Virus record (IMG/VR): IMGVR_UViG_3300046681_000127
Strand: one strand, 5' to 3'
Origin: an uncultured virus (IMG/VR IMGVR_UViG_3300046681_000127)
Taxonomy: Duplodnaviria > Heunggongvirae > Uroviricota > Caudoviricetes
DNA: 64,000 nucleotides
The notes under the pieces were generated by a model. It saw only the letters and a program-made list of their open reading frames with translations, was not told the origin of the DNA and did no database searches. Below, piece by piece: positions 9,302 to 18,515 of the stretch. A program made the translations under genes and the position numbers. The first letter of the stretch is position 1, and every line of letters begins with the position of its first letter.

Positions 9302-9634
9302 ATGGCCCTCCTGGCCCAGCAGGCCGTCGCCCTGACCGGCCTCACCCCAAACTACGGCGCTGCCGCCGCGTCCACCACGGTGACGTGCGGCGAGCGGTCG
9401 TTCCTGCACGTCAAGAACGCCAACGGCTCCAGCATGACGGTGACGCTCACCGCGACGGGCAAGATCCGTGGCCAGCTCGTCGCGGACGTGGTCATCACGG
9501 TCCCGGCAACGACGGGCGACAAAATGATCGGGCCGATCACTGCCGACCTGTTCGCCTCGGCAGTTGACGGCGTGAGTGCCTCGATCACCTACTCGTCGAC
9601 CACCAGCGTCACCGTCGCCAACCTCGTCATCTGA
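9302..9634 (+). CDS. Small beta-rich structural protein
   Basis: RBS AGGAG; FLHVKN..GS..TVT. Confidence 0.65.
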   Translation: MALLAQQAVALTGLTPNYGAAAASTTVTCGERSFLHVKNANGSSMTVTLTATGKIRGQLVADVVITVPATTGDKMIGPITADLFASAVDGVSASITYSSTTSVTVANLVI

Positions 9635-9668
9635 TCCACGCCACACCCCGCCCTGCCCCGTCCTGCCC

Positions 9669-9691
9669 GCCCCGTTGATCGGGGCTTTTTT
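9669..9691 (+). terminator. Intrinsic terminator inside the late operon
   Basis: GCCCCG-TTGAT-CGGGGC followed by TTTTTT. Confidence 0.75.
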
Positions 9692-9710
9692 CATGCCCTG
9701 AGGAGGGTCC

Positions 9711-10190
9711 ATGTCCGACCTGATCAACGACGGAATGACCAAGGTGAGCTGGGTGACCAGCATCGCCAACATCAATGCCCCGACAGCGGCCGAGCTCACT
9801 GCGGGCAGCGACTTCACGACCCGCATCACCCCCGACGGCCTGAAGATCGACCCGTCCACCGCAGACGTCGACACGTCTTCGCTGGCCAGCACGTTCGACA
9901 CCAAGACCGTCGGCCGCGTCGGATTCGACACCGAGACGACCTACAAGCGCGGCACCACCACCCCCGAGGATCTGCCCTACACCACCCTCAAGTACGGCGT
10001 CTCGGGCTACCTGGCCGTCCGCCGCGGCGTCGCCTACGCCACCGCGTGGACCGCCGGGCAGAAGGCCGAGATCTACCCGATCACCTGCGGCGAGCCGCAG
10101 AACAGCAGCCCCGCCGCCAACGAAGTCATGAAGTTCGTCAGCCCGATGAAGGTCACGAGCCCGCCGGCGACCGCCGCAACGGTGGCCTGA
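9711..10190 (+). CDS. Major tail (tube) protein
   Basis: IANINAPTAAEL, GYLAVRRG motifs. Confidence 0.85.
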   Translation: MSDLINDGMTKVSWVTSIANINAPTAAELTAGSDFTTRITPDGLKIDPSTADVDTSSLASTFDTKTVGRVGFDTETTYKRGTTTPEDLPYTTLKYGVSGYLAVRRGVAYATAWTAGQKAEIYPITCGEPQNSSPAANEVMKFVSPMKVTSPPATAATVA

Positions 10191-10708
10191 TGCCCGATAT
10201 CAGCGACATCCTCAACCGGGCCAAGCCGCGCGAGACGACCCTGCCCATCTACCTCGACGGGTCCGCGGCGTCCGAGGTGGAGCAGCTGGAGCGGCAACTC
10301 GCCGGCCTGGCCGACACGTGGGCGCCGGACTCGCTGGCTGCGACCGATCCGTCGAAGGATCTGGCCCAGCAGATCCAGGCGGCCCGGACGCGGATGCAGG
10401 AGTCCGCGGTGGAGTTCCGGCTGCGGGCCCTGGGTGACAAGGTGTGGTCGGACCTGCTGGCGGCGCACCCGGCGAAGAACGCGGACGAACTGTGGGACCC
10501 GGCCACGTTCCCCAAGGCGCTGATCGCAGCGTGCTGCCTGGACCCGGTCATGACCGAGTCCGAGGTGGGGCAACTGTACGAGGTGCTGAACGAGGGGCAG
10601 CGCGGCGAGTTGTTCAGGGCCGCCTACTCGGTGAACACGGAGGCCACCTCCATCCCTTTCTCTGTGAGCGCCTCCGCGATCCTCGCGGCCCTTGGCGACG
10701 CGAAGTAG
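10190..10708 (+). CDS. Tail assembly chaperone (G)
   Basis: Between tail tube and tape measure; slippery heptamer near its end. Confidence 0.8.
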   Translation: MPDISDILNRAKPRETTLPIYLDGSAASEVEQLERQLAGLADTWAPDSLAATDPSKDLAQQIQAARTRMQESAVEFRLRALGDKVWSDLLAAHPAKNADELWDPATFPKALIAACCLDPVMTESEVGQLYEVLNEGQRGELFRAAYSVNTEATSIPFSVSASAILAALGDAK

Positions 10709-11019
10709 AAACCGCGCGGGCCCACGGCATCCCCAGATCGGTCTTCATGGGCCGCCCGTGGCCCACTCGGGGGGAGCCGCTATGGCTCAACGAGGACCGG
10801 GCCTGGGCACTGGCCCTGGCGCAGATTGAGACGGAGAACTGCCCGGACTGCGGGCGTCCCTGGTCTGAGGTCTCAGACCCGGACAACGAGTTCAAGTACC
10901 AGACCGAACTGATCCGCTGCCACGCGTGCACGACCGCCACAAAGGCCGTCTCCGCCTACCAGAACCGGGGCGGCGACAGTCGCGGCCTGCACGTCACCGT
11001 CACCAAACGCGGGGGGTAG
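10654..11019 (+). CDS. Tail assembly chaperone -1 frameshift extension (GT)
   Basis: C CCT TTC heptamer 10654-10660; -1 frame open to 11019 with two CxxC motifs. Confidence 0.75.
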   Translation, partial: PFLCERLRDPRGPWRREVETARAHGIPRSVFMGRPWPTRGEPLWLNEDRAWALALAQIETENCPDCGRPWSEVSDPDNEFKYQTELIRCHACTTATKAVSAYQNRGGDSRGLHVTVTKRGG

Positions 11020-11022
11020 TCC

Positions 11023-14000
11023 ATGGCCGATCGCACCGTCAATGTGCGGCTCCGCCTGGACTCCACCCAGTTCCAGGCGGGCAGTCGCGCCGCCGAACGC
11101 TCCACGCAGCAGATGGCCCGCACCACCCAGGCCTCAGCCCTGCAGGCATCCCGGGCAACCGAGCGTGTGGGTGCGGCGGCTGGCGCACTCCCGGCGGCGT
11201 TCCGGGCGGCCGGTGCCGCTTCCGAGCGCACCATGCAGGGCATCTCCCGGCAGGCCATGGAAAGCCGGACGGCCATGCGCTCGGCGGCGCGGTCCGTCGC
11301 CGAAGTCCAGGCCGCCATGACGGAGGCGACCGTAGCCGGGGTGACCGGCACCAACCGGCTGGCCCTGGCGAACCGGCTCGCCCTCGCCGAGGCGGCCCAA
11401 GCCTCCCGGGCAACCCAGGCGGCGGCTGCGGCGTCCCAGTCGTCCTATGCCCGCACGGCGGCCCGTGCCCGGAGCATGGGTGCCGCCGTCGTCGCGGCGT
11501 CCGGGCGGTCCGAGAAGTCACTCCGCGCCGCCCGCACTGCCTCCCTGACCCTCGTGGCCGCGTTCGGCCTCGCCGTGTACGCCAGCTCGAAGTTCGAGAA
11601 GGCGATGAGTGGGGTGAAGGCCGCCACTGCGGCCGGCGCCCGGGAGCTCAACCAACTGCGCCAGGCCGCCATCCAGGCCGGGAAGACCACCCAGTACTCA
11701 GCCACGCAGGCCGCCGAAGGGGAGACTGAACTCGCCAAGGCGGGCGTGAGTACCTCCGACATCCTGGGTGGCGCCCTGAAGGGCACGCTCAACTTGGCCT
11801 CGGCCGGGCAGATGGACGTTGCTGACTCCGCCGTCGTGGCGGCCAAGGCCATGAACAGCTTCGGCCTGCAGGGCTCTGACATGGCGCACATCGCCGACGT
11901 CATCGCCGCCGCCGCAGGCAAGTCCGCAACCGACGTGCATGGCATGAGCCTGGCCTTCGCCCAGTCCGCACTCATGGCCCACCAAACGGGCCTGACGCTG
12001 GAACAGACCGCCGGCTCGCTGGCACTGTTCGCCCAGAACGGCCTGGTGGGAAGCGACGCGGGCACGTCGCTGAAGACGATGCTCATGCGCCTCACGCCGA
12101 CTTCCAAAGAGGCTGCCGACCTCATGGACCGGCTTGGCTTCTCCGCTTACGACAGCAGCGGCAACTTTGTGGGCCTCAGCGAGACCGCGGCCCGCATGCA
12201 GCAGTCCTTCTCCAAGCTCACCCCCGAGGCCCGCAACGCCGCATTCGCCACCATCTTCGGATCCGACGCCACCCGCGCGGCGACCGTCATCTACAAGTCC
12301 GGCGCGGCCGGCATCAACACCTGGACGAAGGCCGCCAACGACCAGGGGTACGCGAGCAGGTACGCGTCCACGCAGACCGACAACCTTGTCGGCGACCTGC
12401 AGCGCCTCAAGAGCGCCCTGGAGACCGCCTTCATCGAAGGCGGCGGCGGAGCCACCAGCATGCTGCGCGGCGTCGTGCAGGCGCTGACCACGGTGATCCG
12501 TTGGTTCGGGAAACTCCCGGGCCCGGTCCAGCAGTCCGCCGTCGTCATCGCCGGCCTGGCCGGAGCGGTCGGCCTGATCGGCACATCGCTGCTACTCGTG
12601 CTGCCGCGCATCCGCACGGTACGCACTGAACTGCAGACGCTGGGCGTGACGTCGGCTCGCACCAGTGCGGCGATGGCAATGATGGGGCGCGCCACGCTGG
12701 TCGTCGCCGGCCTGACCGCGATCTCCTACGCGTCGGCCAAGTTGACCGACGTACTGAAGGACGCTCCGCCGGATGTCGCGAAGCTGACCAACTCACTGGT
12801 CGACCTGGCGCAGGGAGGCCACGTCTCCGGCGAGGCCGCGAAGGTGTTCGGGGAAAACCTCAGCGGTGTCGGCGACGCTGTCGCGCGCATCGCGCACCCG
12901 AGCGTCCTCAAGCGGGTCGACGACGTCCTGTACTCGATCACCCACCTCGGCATGAGCGACCAGGGCAACCTGGAGGAGGCCCGCAGCAAGATCTCCGGCC
13001 TCGACCAGTCCCTGGCGTCGCTGGTCCAGTCGGGCAACTCTGACGTCGCAGCGAAGGCCTTCGCGCGGATGGCGACGGAGGCCAACGCTGGCGGCACCAG
13101 CACCGAGAAGCTCAAGACGCTGCTCCCGCAGTACACCGACGCCCTGGCAGGGGTCGACACTCAAAGCAAGCTGACTGGCGACAGTCAGAAGGGTCTGACC
13201 GATTCCGCGCAGACCACCGCCGGCGCTCTGGCGGATCAGCGCACCGAGGCCGAGAAGCTGACCGATGCGCTGAAGACCCTCAACGGGGTGAACATCTCCG
13301 TCGCTGAGGCGCAGATCGGATTCCAGCAGTCCCTCGCCGATGTCCGGAACGCTGTCAAGGACAACGGCCACACCCTGGACATCCACACCGACAAGGGCCG
13401 CAAGAACAAGTCGGCATTCCTGGACGCCGCCAAGGCGGCGATGGATCACGCGCAGGCCGTGTCCGAGCAGAAGAACTCGGTGACCGCAGGCAACAAGGTG
13501 CTTGAGCAGGACATCTACGCCCTGAAGCGCACCATGCGCCAGGCCGGGTTCACCGAGGCCCAGATCAAGAGTCTGACGAAGGCCTACGCGAAGCTCCCGC
13601 CGAAGAGCGCCACACAGGTCAAGGCCGACACCGCCGCCGCACTGAAGGATCTGGACGCCGTGCAGGGCAAGGTGCGCGGCACCAAGGGCAAGACCATCGA
13701 GGTCAAAGCCCTCACGCAGGCCGGTCAGCAGGCTCTGGAAGACCTCGGCTACAAGGTCAAGCGGACCAAGGGCAAGAACGTCGTCATCACCGTCCCCACC
13801 GGCACGCAGAAGCACAACGTGGACGCGCTGGCGGCGGCGATTCGCGGGCTGCACAACAAGTCGGTCACGATCACCACGAAGCGCGTCAACTCGATCAAGA
13901 CGTACTCCGAAGCCATCACCTTGGCCAAGCAGCAGGCCAAGAACAGCGCCAACGGGAACATCTTCAGTGCCTACGCCGACGGTGGCATGCGCGAGCGGCA

Positions 14001-15504
14001 CATCGCACAGATCGCGCCCGGTGGAGCGATGCGCGTATGGGCGGAGCCGGAGACCCAGGGCGAAGGCTACGTGCCGTTCGCCCGGTCGAAGCGGCCTCGC
14101 TCGCGGAGGATCACCGAAGAGATCGTGCGCCGCCTCGGCGGAGACCCGTCCAGCATCGCCTGGTACGCCAACGGCGGCGTGCAGCGATACGCGTCCGGCG
14201 GCTTCACCTACACCCCTGGCGGCGCCCCCGTCCTCGGCGGTCCGGGCGATGCGAAGCAGCGGTACGACAAGCTCATCGAGCAGCTCAAGGAGGCGTGGAA
14301 GAAGCTCGCGGCGGCGATGGCGGAGGCGAAGAAGAAGGCCGATGCGGTCTCCGAGGCCGAGACGCACCTGCGGAAGGTGAGGTCTCATCACCACACCGAA
14401 GCGCAACTCGAAGCCGCCGAGAACAAACTGAAGAAGGCCCGCGAGGCAGAGACGAAGGCGACGAAGGCCGTCACCTCCGCGCGGTCCGGCGTCAACGCGG
14501 TCGACGCCGCACTCGGGCTGAAGAAGGGCGCCAAGACCCCCACGGGCTTCGACCTGAAGGCCTACCAGAACCAGCTCGGCAAGTCCGTGGCTGCGACGGA
14601 AAAGTGGCGCAGCAGCCTCGGCAAGATCGCCAAACGGGGAGGGTCCGAAGTCGAGGCGCTCCTGGAGGCGATGGGTGAGGACGGCTACGCCCTGGTCAAC
14701 AGCCTCGCCGGGGCATCCGAAAAGCAGTTCAACGACATCGTCAAGAAGCTGCTCCAGACGGGCGACACGGCCAAGGCCACGCTGGCCGACTTCAACAAGC
14801 AGATCAACGCCTCCACCAAGATGAACGCGCAGTTCGCGGCAGATCTGGAGAAGCTGGCCGCGATGGGCTACGGCGACCTCGCCCAGACGCTCGCAGCGCA
14901 GGGTGACGCGTCGGCACAAACCTTGGCTCACGAGGCGGCGGGCTCGTCGTCGAAGGCCGCCACGGCCAATAGCGCGGTCAAGAACAACGCGGCCACACTG
15001 ACAGGCGACGACCTCGCCAACGCCCTCACGCTGATCTCCACCCTGCGGGCAGCACCAGGCAGCGGCTACGCGGAGCTGATCGCTGCCGGGCTGGACACGG
15101 CCACCATCAAGGCCCTCGTCCCGAAAATCACCGCGCAGATCGGCGCACTGCCCGCCGAGTACAAGGACACCTTCGTGCGGCAGTGGGTACAGCAGGGCGG
15201 TGTCGCCATGGCCCGCGGCGGCATCCTGAACCGGCCCACCGCCGTGCTCGGTGGCGAGGCAGGGGTGCGGGAGTCGTGGATCCCCTGGGACGGCAGCAGC
15301 CGCTCGCGGTCCCTGATGGCCGCGACGGCTGCCGCCGCCGGCTACCAACTGGTGCCGGCCGGCCGGTTCGCCTCGGCAGGGGCGTCGGCGGCGGCGGTGG
15401 CGCGGGAGGTGTCGAAGCAGGTCACGATCCACCTGTACGGCGCCAAGCAGTCATCGGCCGAGCAGGCCGCCGATATCGCCCGTCACCTCAACTTCGTGGG
15501 ATAG
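11023..15504 (+). CDS. Tape measure protein
   Basis: 1493 aa, Ala-rich helical; TP901-type core (YSATQAA, GSDAGTSLKTML). Confidence 0.95.
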   Translation: MADRTVNVRLRLDSTQFQAGSRAAERSTQQMARTTQASALQASRATERVGAAAGALPAAFRAAGAASERTMQGISRQAMESRTAMRSAARSVAEVQAAMTEATVAGVTGTNRLALANRLALAEAAQASRATQAAAAASQSSYARTAARARSMGAAVVAASGRSEKSLRAARTASLTLVAAFGLAVYASSKFEKAMSGVKAATAAGARELNQLRQAAIQAGKTTQYSATQAAEGETELAKAGVSTSDILGGALKGTLNLASAGQMDVADSAVVAAKAMNSFGLQGSDMAHIADVIAAAAGKSATDVHGMSLAFAQSALMAHQTGLTLEQTAGSLALFAQNGLVGSDAGTSLKTMLMRLTPTSKEAADLMDRLGFSAYDSSGNFVGLSETAARMQQSFSKLTPEARNAAFATIFGSDATRAATVIYKSGAAGINTWTKAANDQGYASRYASTQTDNLVGDLQRLKSALETAFIEGGGGATSMLRGVVQALTTVIRWFGKLPGPVQQSAVVIAGLAGAVGLIGTSLLLVLPRIRTVRTELQTLGVTSARTSAAMAMMGRATLVVAGLTAISYASAKLTDVLKDAPPDVAKLTNSLVDLAQGGHVSGEAAKVFGENLSGVGDAVARIAHPSVLKRVDDVLYSITHLGMSDQGNLEEARSKISGLDQSLASLVQSGNSDVAAKAFARMATEANAGGTSTEKLKTLLPQYTDALAGVDTQSKLTGDSQKGLTDSAQTTAGALADQRTEAEKLTDALKTLNGVNISVAEAQIGFQQSLADVRNAVKDNGHTLDIHTDKGRKNKSAFLDAAKAAMDHAQAVSEQKNSVTAGNKVLEQDIYALKRTMRQAGFTEAQIKSLTKAYAKLPPKSATQVKADTAAALKDLDAVQGKVRGTKGKTIEVKALTQAGQQALEDLGYKVKRTKGKNVVITVPTGTQKHNVDALAAAIRGLHNKSVTITTKRVNSIKTYSEAITLAKQQAKNSANGNIFSAYADGGMRERHIAQIAPGGAMRVWAEPETQGEGYVPFARSKRPRSRRITEEIVRRLGGDPSSIAWYANGGVQRYASGGFTYTPGGAPVLGGPGDAKQRYDKLIEQLKEAWKKLAAAMAEAKKKADAVSEAETHLRKVRSHHHTEAQLEAAENKLKKAREAETKATKAVTSARSGVNAVDAALGLKKGAKTPTGFDLKAYQNQLGKSVAATEKWRSSLGKIAKRGGSEVEALLEAMGEDGYALVNSLAGASEKQFNDIVKKLLQTGDTAKATLADFNKQINASTKMNAQFAADLEKLAAMGYGDLAQTLAAQGDASAQTLAHEAAGSSSKAATANSAVKNNAATLTGDDLANALTLISTLRAAPGSGYAELIAAGLDTATIKALVPKITAQIGALPAEYKDTFVRQWVQQGGVAMARGGILNRPTAVLGGEAGVRESWIPWDGSSRSRSLMAATAAAAGYQLVPAGRFASAGASAAAVAREVSKQVTIHLYGAKQSSAEQAADIARHLNFVG

Positions 15505-15514
15505 GGAGCGGACG

Positions 15515-16393
15515 GTGGCGTACATCGCGGGCGCTGATCTGGATGGCCTGCAGGCCACCCTCGGGACACTGCGCTTCAACGCAGTCGACTCCGCGGGGGT
15601 GGCCTGGCGGCTGAAGGCCGAAGACGGCCTGCAAGGCTGGGACAGCCCCGAGGTGCGCGCCGAGGTCACCCAGCGCGAGGCTGATCACGGCGCATGGTCG
15701 GCGCCGGTCTACCTGAGCGAACGGGCCATCAGCCTCGCGGGCACGATCGAGGCCGGAAACCGGGCCGCCCTGGACGACGCGATGGAGCGGCTGCGGGCGG
15801 CCGTGGCACTCACCGATACGACACTGACCGTATGGGAGTCGGTGCCCAAACAGGCCACCGTCCGCCGCTCCGGGAAGCTCCTGGCGCAGTACCTGACCGA
15901 CCGTGTCGGGGCTTTCTCTGCGCTGGTGACCGCACCGGATCCACGCCGGTACGGCATCACCTTGCAGTCCGGCACGGCGAATCTGCCGTCCAGCAGCGGC
16001 GGCCTGTCGGTGCCGGCCACCATGCCGCTGACCATCGCCGCCACCGTCAACGCCGGCTCCTTCACGGCGGCCAACACCGGCACATTCGGCACCCGGCCCG
16101 TTTTCACCATCGCGGGGCCCGTCAGCAACCCCCGGATCGTGGTGGATGACGGCAGCGGCGCCGAGCCGGTCACCCTCACCTACGGTCAGGTCCTCGCGAC
16201 GGGCGAGACGCTCGTCATCGACTGCGATGCCCACACCGTGGTTCTCAACGGCACGGCCAGCCGCCGCCGCTACCTGACCGCGACCGTGTGGCCCGAATTC
16301 CCTGCCGGCAGCTCCGTGACCGTGCAGTTCCGGGCCTCCGCGTACAACGCCTCCGCACAGTTGAGCGCCCAGTGGCGCTCGGCCTGGCTCTAG
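15515..16393 (+). CDS. Distal tail protein
   Basis: Follows TMP; APDPRRYG, P.FTIAGP..NP, WRSAW. Confidence 0.8.
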   Translation: MAYIAGADLDGLQATLGTLRFNAVDSAGVAWRLKAEDGLQGWDSPEVRAEVTQREADHGAWSAPVYLSERAISLAGTIEAGNRAALDDAMERLRAAVALTDTTLTVWESVPKQATVRRSGKLLAQYLTDRVGAFSALVTAPDPRRYGITLQSGTANLPSSSGGLSVPATMPLTIAATVNAGSFTAANTGTFGTRPVFTIAGPVSNPRIVVDDGSGAEPVTLTYGQVLATGETLVIDCDAHTVVLNGTASRRRYLTATVWPEFPAGSSVTVQFRASAYNASAQLSAQWRSAWL

Positions 16394-16410
16394 ACGAAAG
16401 GGGGCTTCTG

Positions 16411-17436
16411 GTGCCCGACGTGCTGTGGACCAACAACTCGACCACCTACGACGCGCAGGAGCTGCGGCGGGCCGACGCCATGCTCGTCATGGGCAACGGC
16501 TCAGCGAGAGGCGGCCGGTCGGGCATCCGGCCCGGCGCCGGCGGCTACGGCGTCTCCGTATCCGGCACGACGATCACAGTCACCACCGGCGTGATGACCG
16601 TCGCAGGGCCGACCGGCGAAGGCATGTACCGGTGCCCTCTGGCGACGGATGCCACGCTGACCCTGACGGCCGCGCACGCCACCCTGCCGCGCATCGACCT
16701 GGTCTACCTGCGGGTGTGGGACTCCGACCTCGACGGCACCGGCCTGTACAAGTTCGAGCCGGTCTACCTGGCCGGCACTGCAGCGGCGTCGCCGGTGGCG
16801 CCCACCATCCCGGGCGGGCAGACCGGCATCGAGGTCGCGACGATCAGCGTCCCGGCGTCGGGCGGCGGCTCGCCCTCGGTGTCGCAGACGATCCGCCCGT
16901 ACACCGTGGCCCCTGGCGGGATCCTCCCGGCAAGCACCGCCCCCAGCTCCCCGTACACGGGCCAGTTCTACGACGACGGCACCTACCTGTACCGGTACAG
17001 CGGAAGCGCGTGGCGGATCGCGTCGCCGCTTCTGCCGACAGTCTCCGACCAGGTGTCCTCGCCTGGCACGTACACCGTCTCGGGGTTCACGGACTTCACA
17101 TCCGGGCAGTGGCCTCCGATCACCGTCACGGTCCCGCAGTCCGGGATCGTCGCCATCTCCATCGGCGCCGCCGTCCGCAACACCAACACCGCCACCTCCA
17201 CCGGGTGGGCGGCATTCCGGCTGTCCGGTGCCACCACCGAGGTGGGGTCGGAGAAGACGGCTGTCAGCTGCGCCGGCAGCCGCACCTACGCCACCCGCCG
17301 CGTGTTCCGCTCGGGCCTCACGCCAGGCGCCAGCCTGACGGTCACCCCGCAGTACCAGTTCTCGTCAGTGAACGCGTCCAGCACCGTCACGGGCGTGGAC
17401 AACGGGCAGCTGAGCGTCGAACCGATCCCCGGGTGA
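16411..17436 (+). CDS. Minor tail protein
   Basis: PRIDLVYLRVWD motif; beta-rich. Confidence 0.7.
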   Translation: MPDVLWTNNSTTYDAQELRRADAMLVMGNGSARGGRSGIRPGAGGYGVSVSGTTITVTTGVMTVAGPTGEGMYRCPLATDATLTLTAAHATLPRIDLVYLRVWDSDLDGTGLYKFEPVYLAGTAAASPVAPTIPGGQTGIEVATISVPASGGGSPSVSQTIRPYTVAPGGILPASTAPSSPYTGQFYDDGTYLYRYSGSAWRIASPLLPTVSDQVSSPGTYTVSGFTDFTSGQWPPITVTVPQSGIVAISIGAAVRNTNTATSTGWAAFRLSGATTEVGSEKTAVSCAGSRTYATRRVFRSGLTPGASLTVTPQYQFSSVNASSTVTGVDNGQLSVEPIPG

Positions 17437-18515
17437 GCACCACCGTTGTCCTCGCCTGGTACGGCTGTGACCTCAAAACGGGCGGCATCATCGAGGACCT
17501 GCCGTCGCTCAAGCCCACCGGCGCGTTGTCGCGCCGCCTCGGCGACAGCACCACCTTGCAGGCCGACCTGGCCCTGCCCGGCGCCTCCGCCGGGTGGGAA
17601 GCGGCCACCACGCCCGGCCAGAGCATGCTCGTAGCCGTCGACACCGCCACCGACACGCCCCTGTGGGCCGGGATGGTGCTGACACAGGACGGCGGCAGCT
17701 CCCAGACGGTGTCACTGGGAGCCGTCACCCTGGAGGCGTACTTCGACCGCCGCTACCCCGGCAACCACCTCCTCGTCGGCCAGGACCAGGCCGACGTCGT
17801 GAGCTCCCTCATCACACCCGCGCTCACCGACGGACCACCGTTCGACATCGACGCCGTAGCCACCGGCGTCACCATGGACTACACGGTGGCCGACTCCGAC
17901 GACAAGACCATCCTGTCGTGCGCGCAGGAGGTCATGTCCCTCGAAGGCGGCCCAGAGTGGGCGGTCGACGTCGCATGGAACACCGACCACACCGGATTCG
18001 TCCTTCCCGTGCGGATCGGCGCCGCCATCGGCCTGCAGACCGCATCACCAGAGGGCACGTTCGACTTTCCCGGCTGCGTCACCGAATACCACCTCGTCAC
18101 GTCCTACGAGGCGGGCAAGGGCGCCAATGCGCTGCTCGCCCGGGGCGAGGGTGAGGGAACATCCCGCCTGACCTCCCAGCTCTACACCGCCACCGACCTG
18201 ATCAGCGGCGGATGGTGCAGCTACGAGTACCGGTACACGCCCGCCACCGGCATCACCGACCCCGACCAGCTCGACGCCCACGCGATCAGTTCCCTGGCCC
18301 TCATGGCCCAGGGCGCCCGCGCCTGGTCCATCGAAGCTGTCGCCTCGCAGGCCCCGCGGCTGGGCCGCGACTTCGCGCTCGGCGACACCGTGCGCCTCGC
18401 CGTCGAACGCTCACCCCGCCACCCGGACGGCACGGACGTCACCGCCCGCTGCTGGGCGTGGGAACTGGACCCCTCGGCGGACCGCGTCCGCCCCATCCTG
18501 GTTGAGGAGAACTGA
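17433..18515 (+). CDS. Minor tail / baseplate hub-like protein
   Basis: GTGA-coupled; PLWAG, GGPEW, LGDTV. Confidence 0.7.
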   Translation: MSTTVVLAWYGCDLKTGGIIEDLPSLKPTGALSRRLGDSTTLQADLALPGASAGWEAATTPGQSMLVAVDTATDTPLWAGMVLTQDGGSSQTVSLGAVTLEAYFDRRYPGNHLLVGQDQADVVSSLITPALTDGPPFDIDAVATGVTMDYTVADSDDKTILSCAQEVMSLEGGPEWAVDVAWNTDHTGFVLPVRIGAAIGLQTASPEGTFDFPGCVTEYHLVTSYEAGKGANALLARGEGEGTSRLTSQLYTATDLISGGWCSYEYRYTPATGITDPDQLDAHAISSLALMAQGARAWSIEAVASQAPRLGRDFALGDTVRLAVERSPRHPDGTDVTARCWAWELDPSADRVRPILVEEN

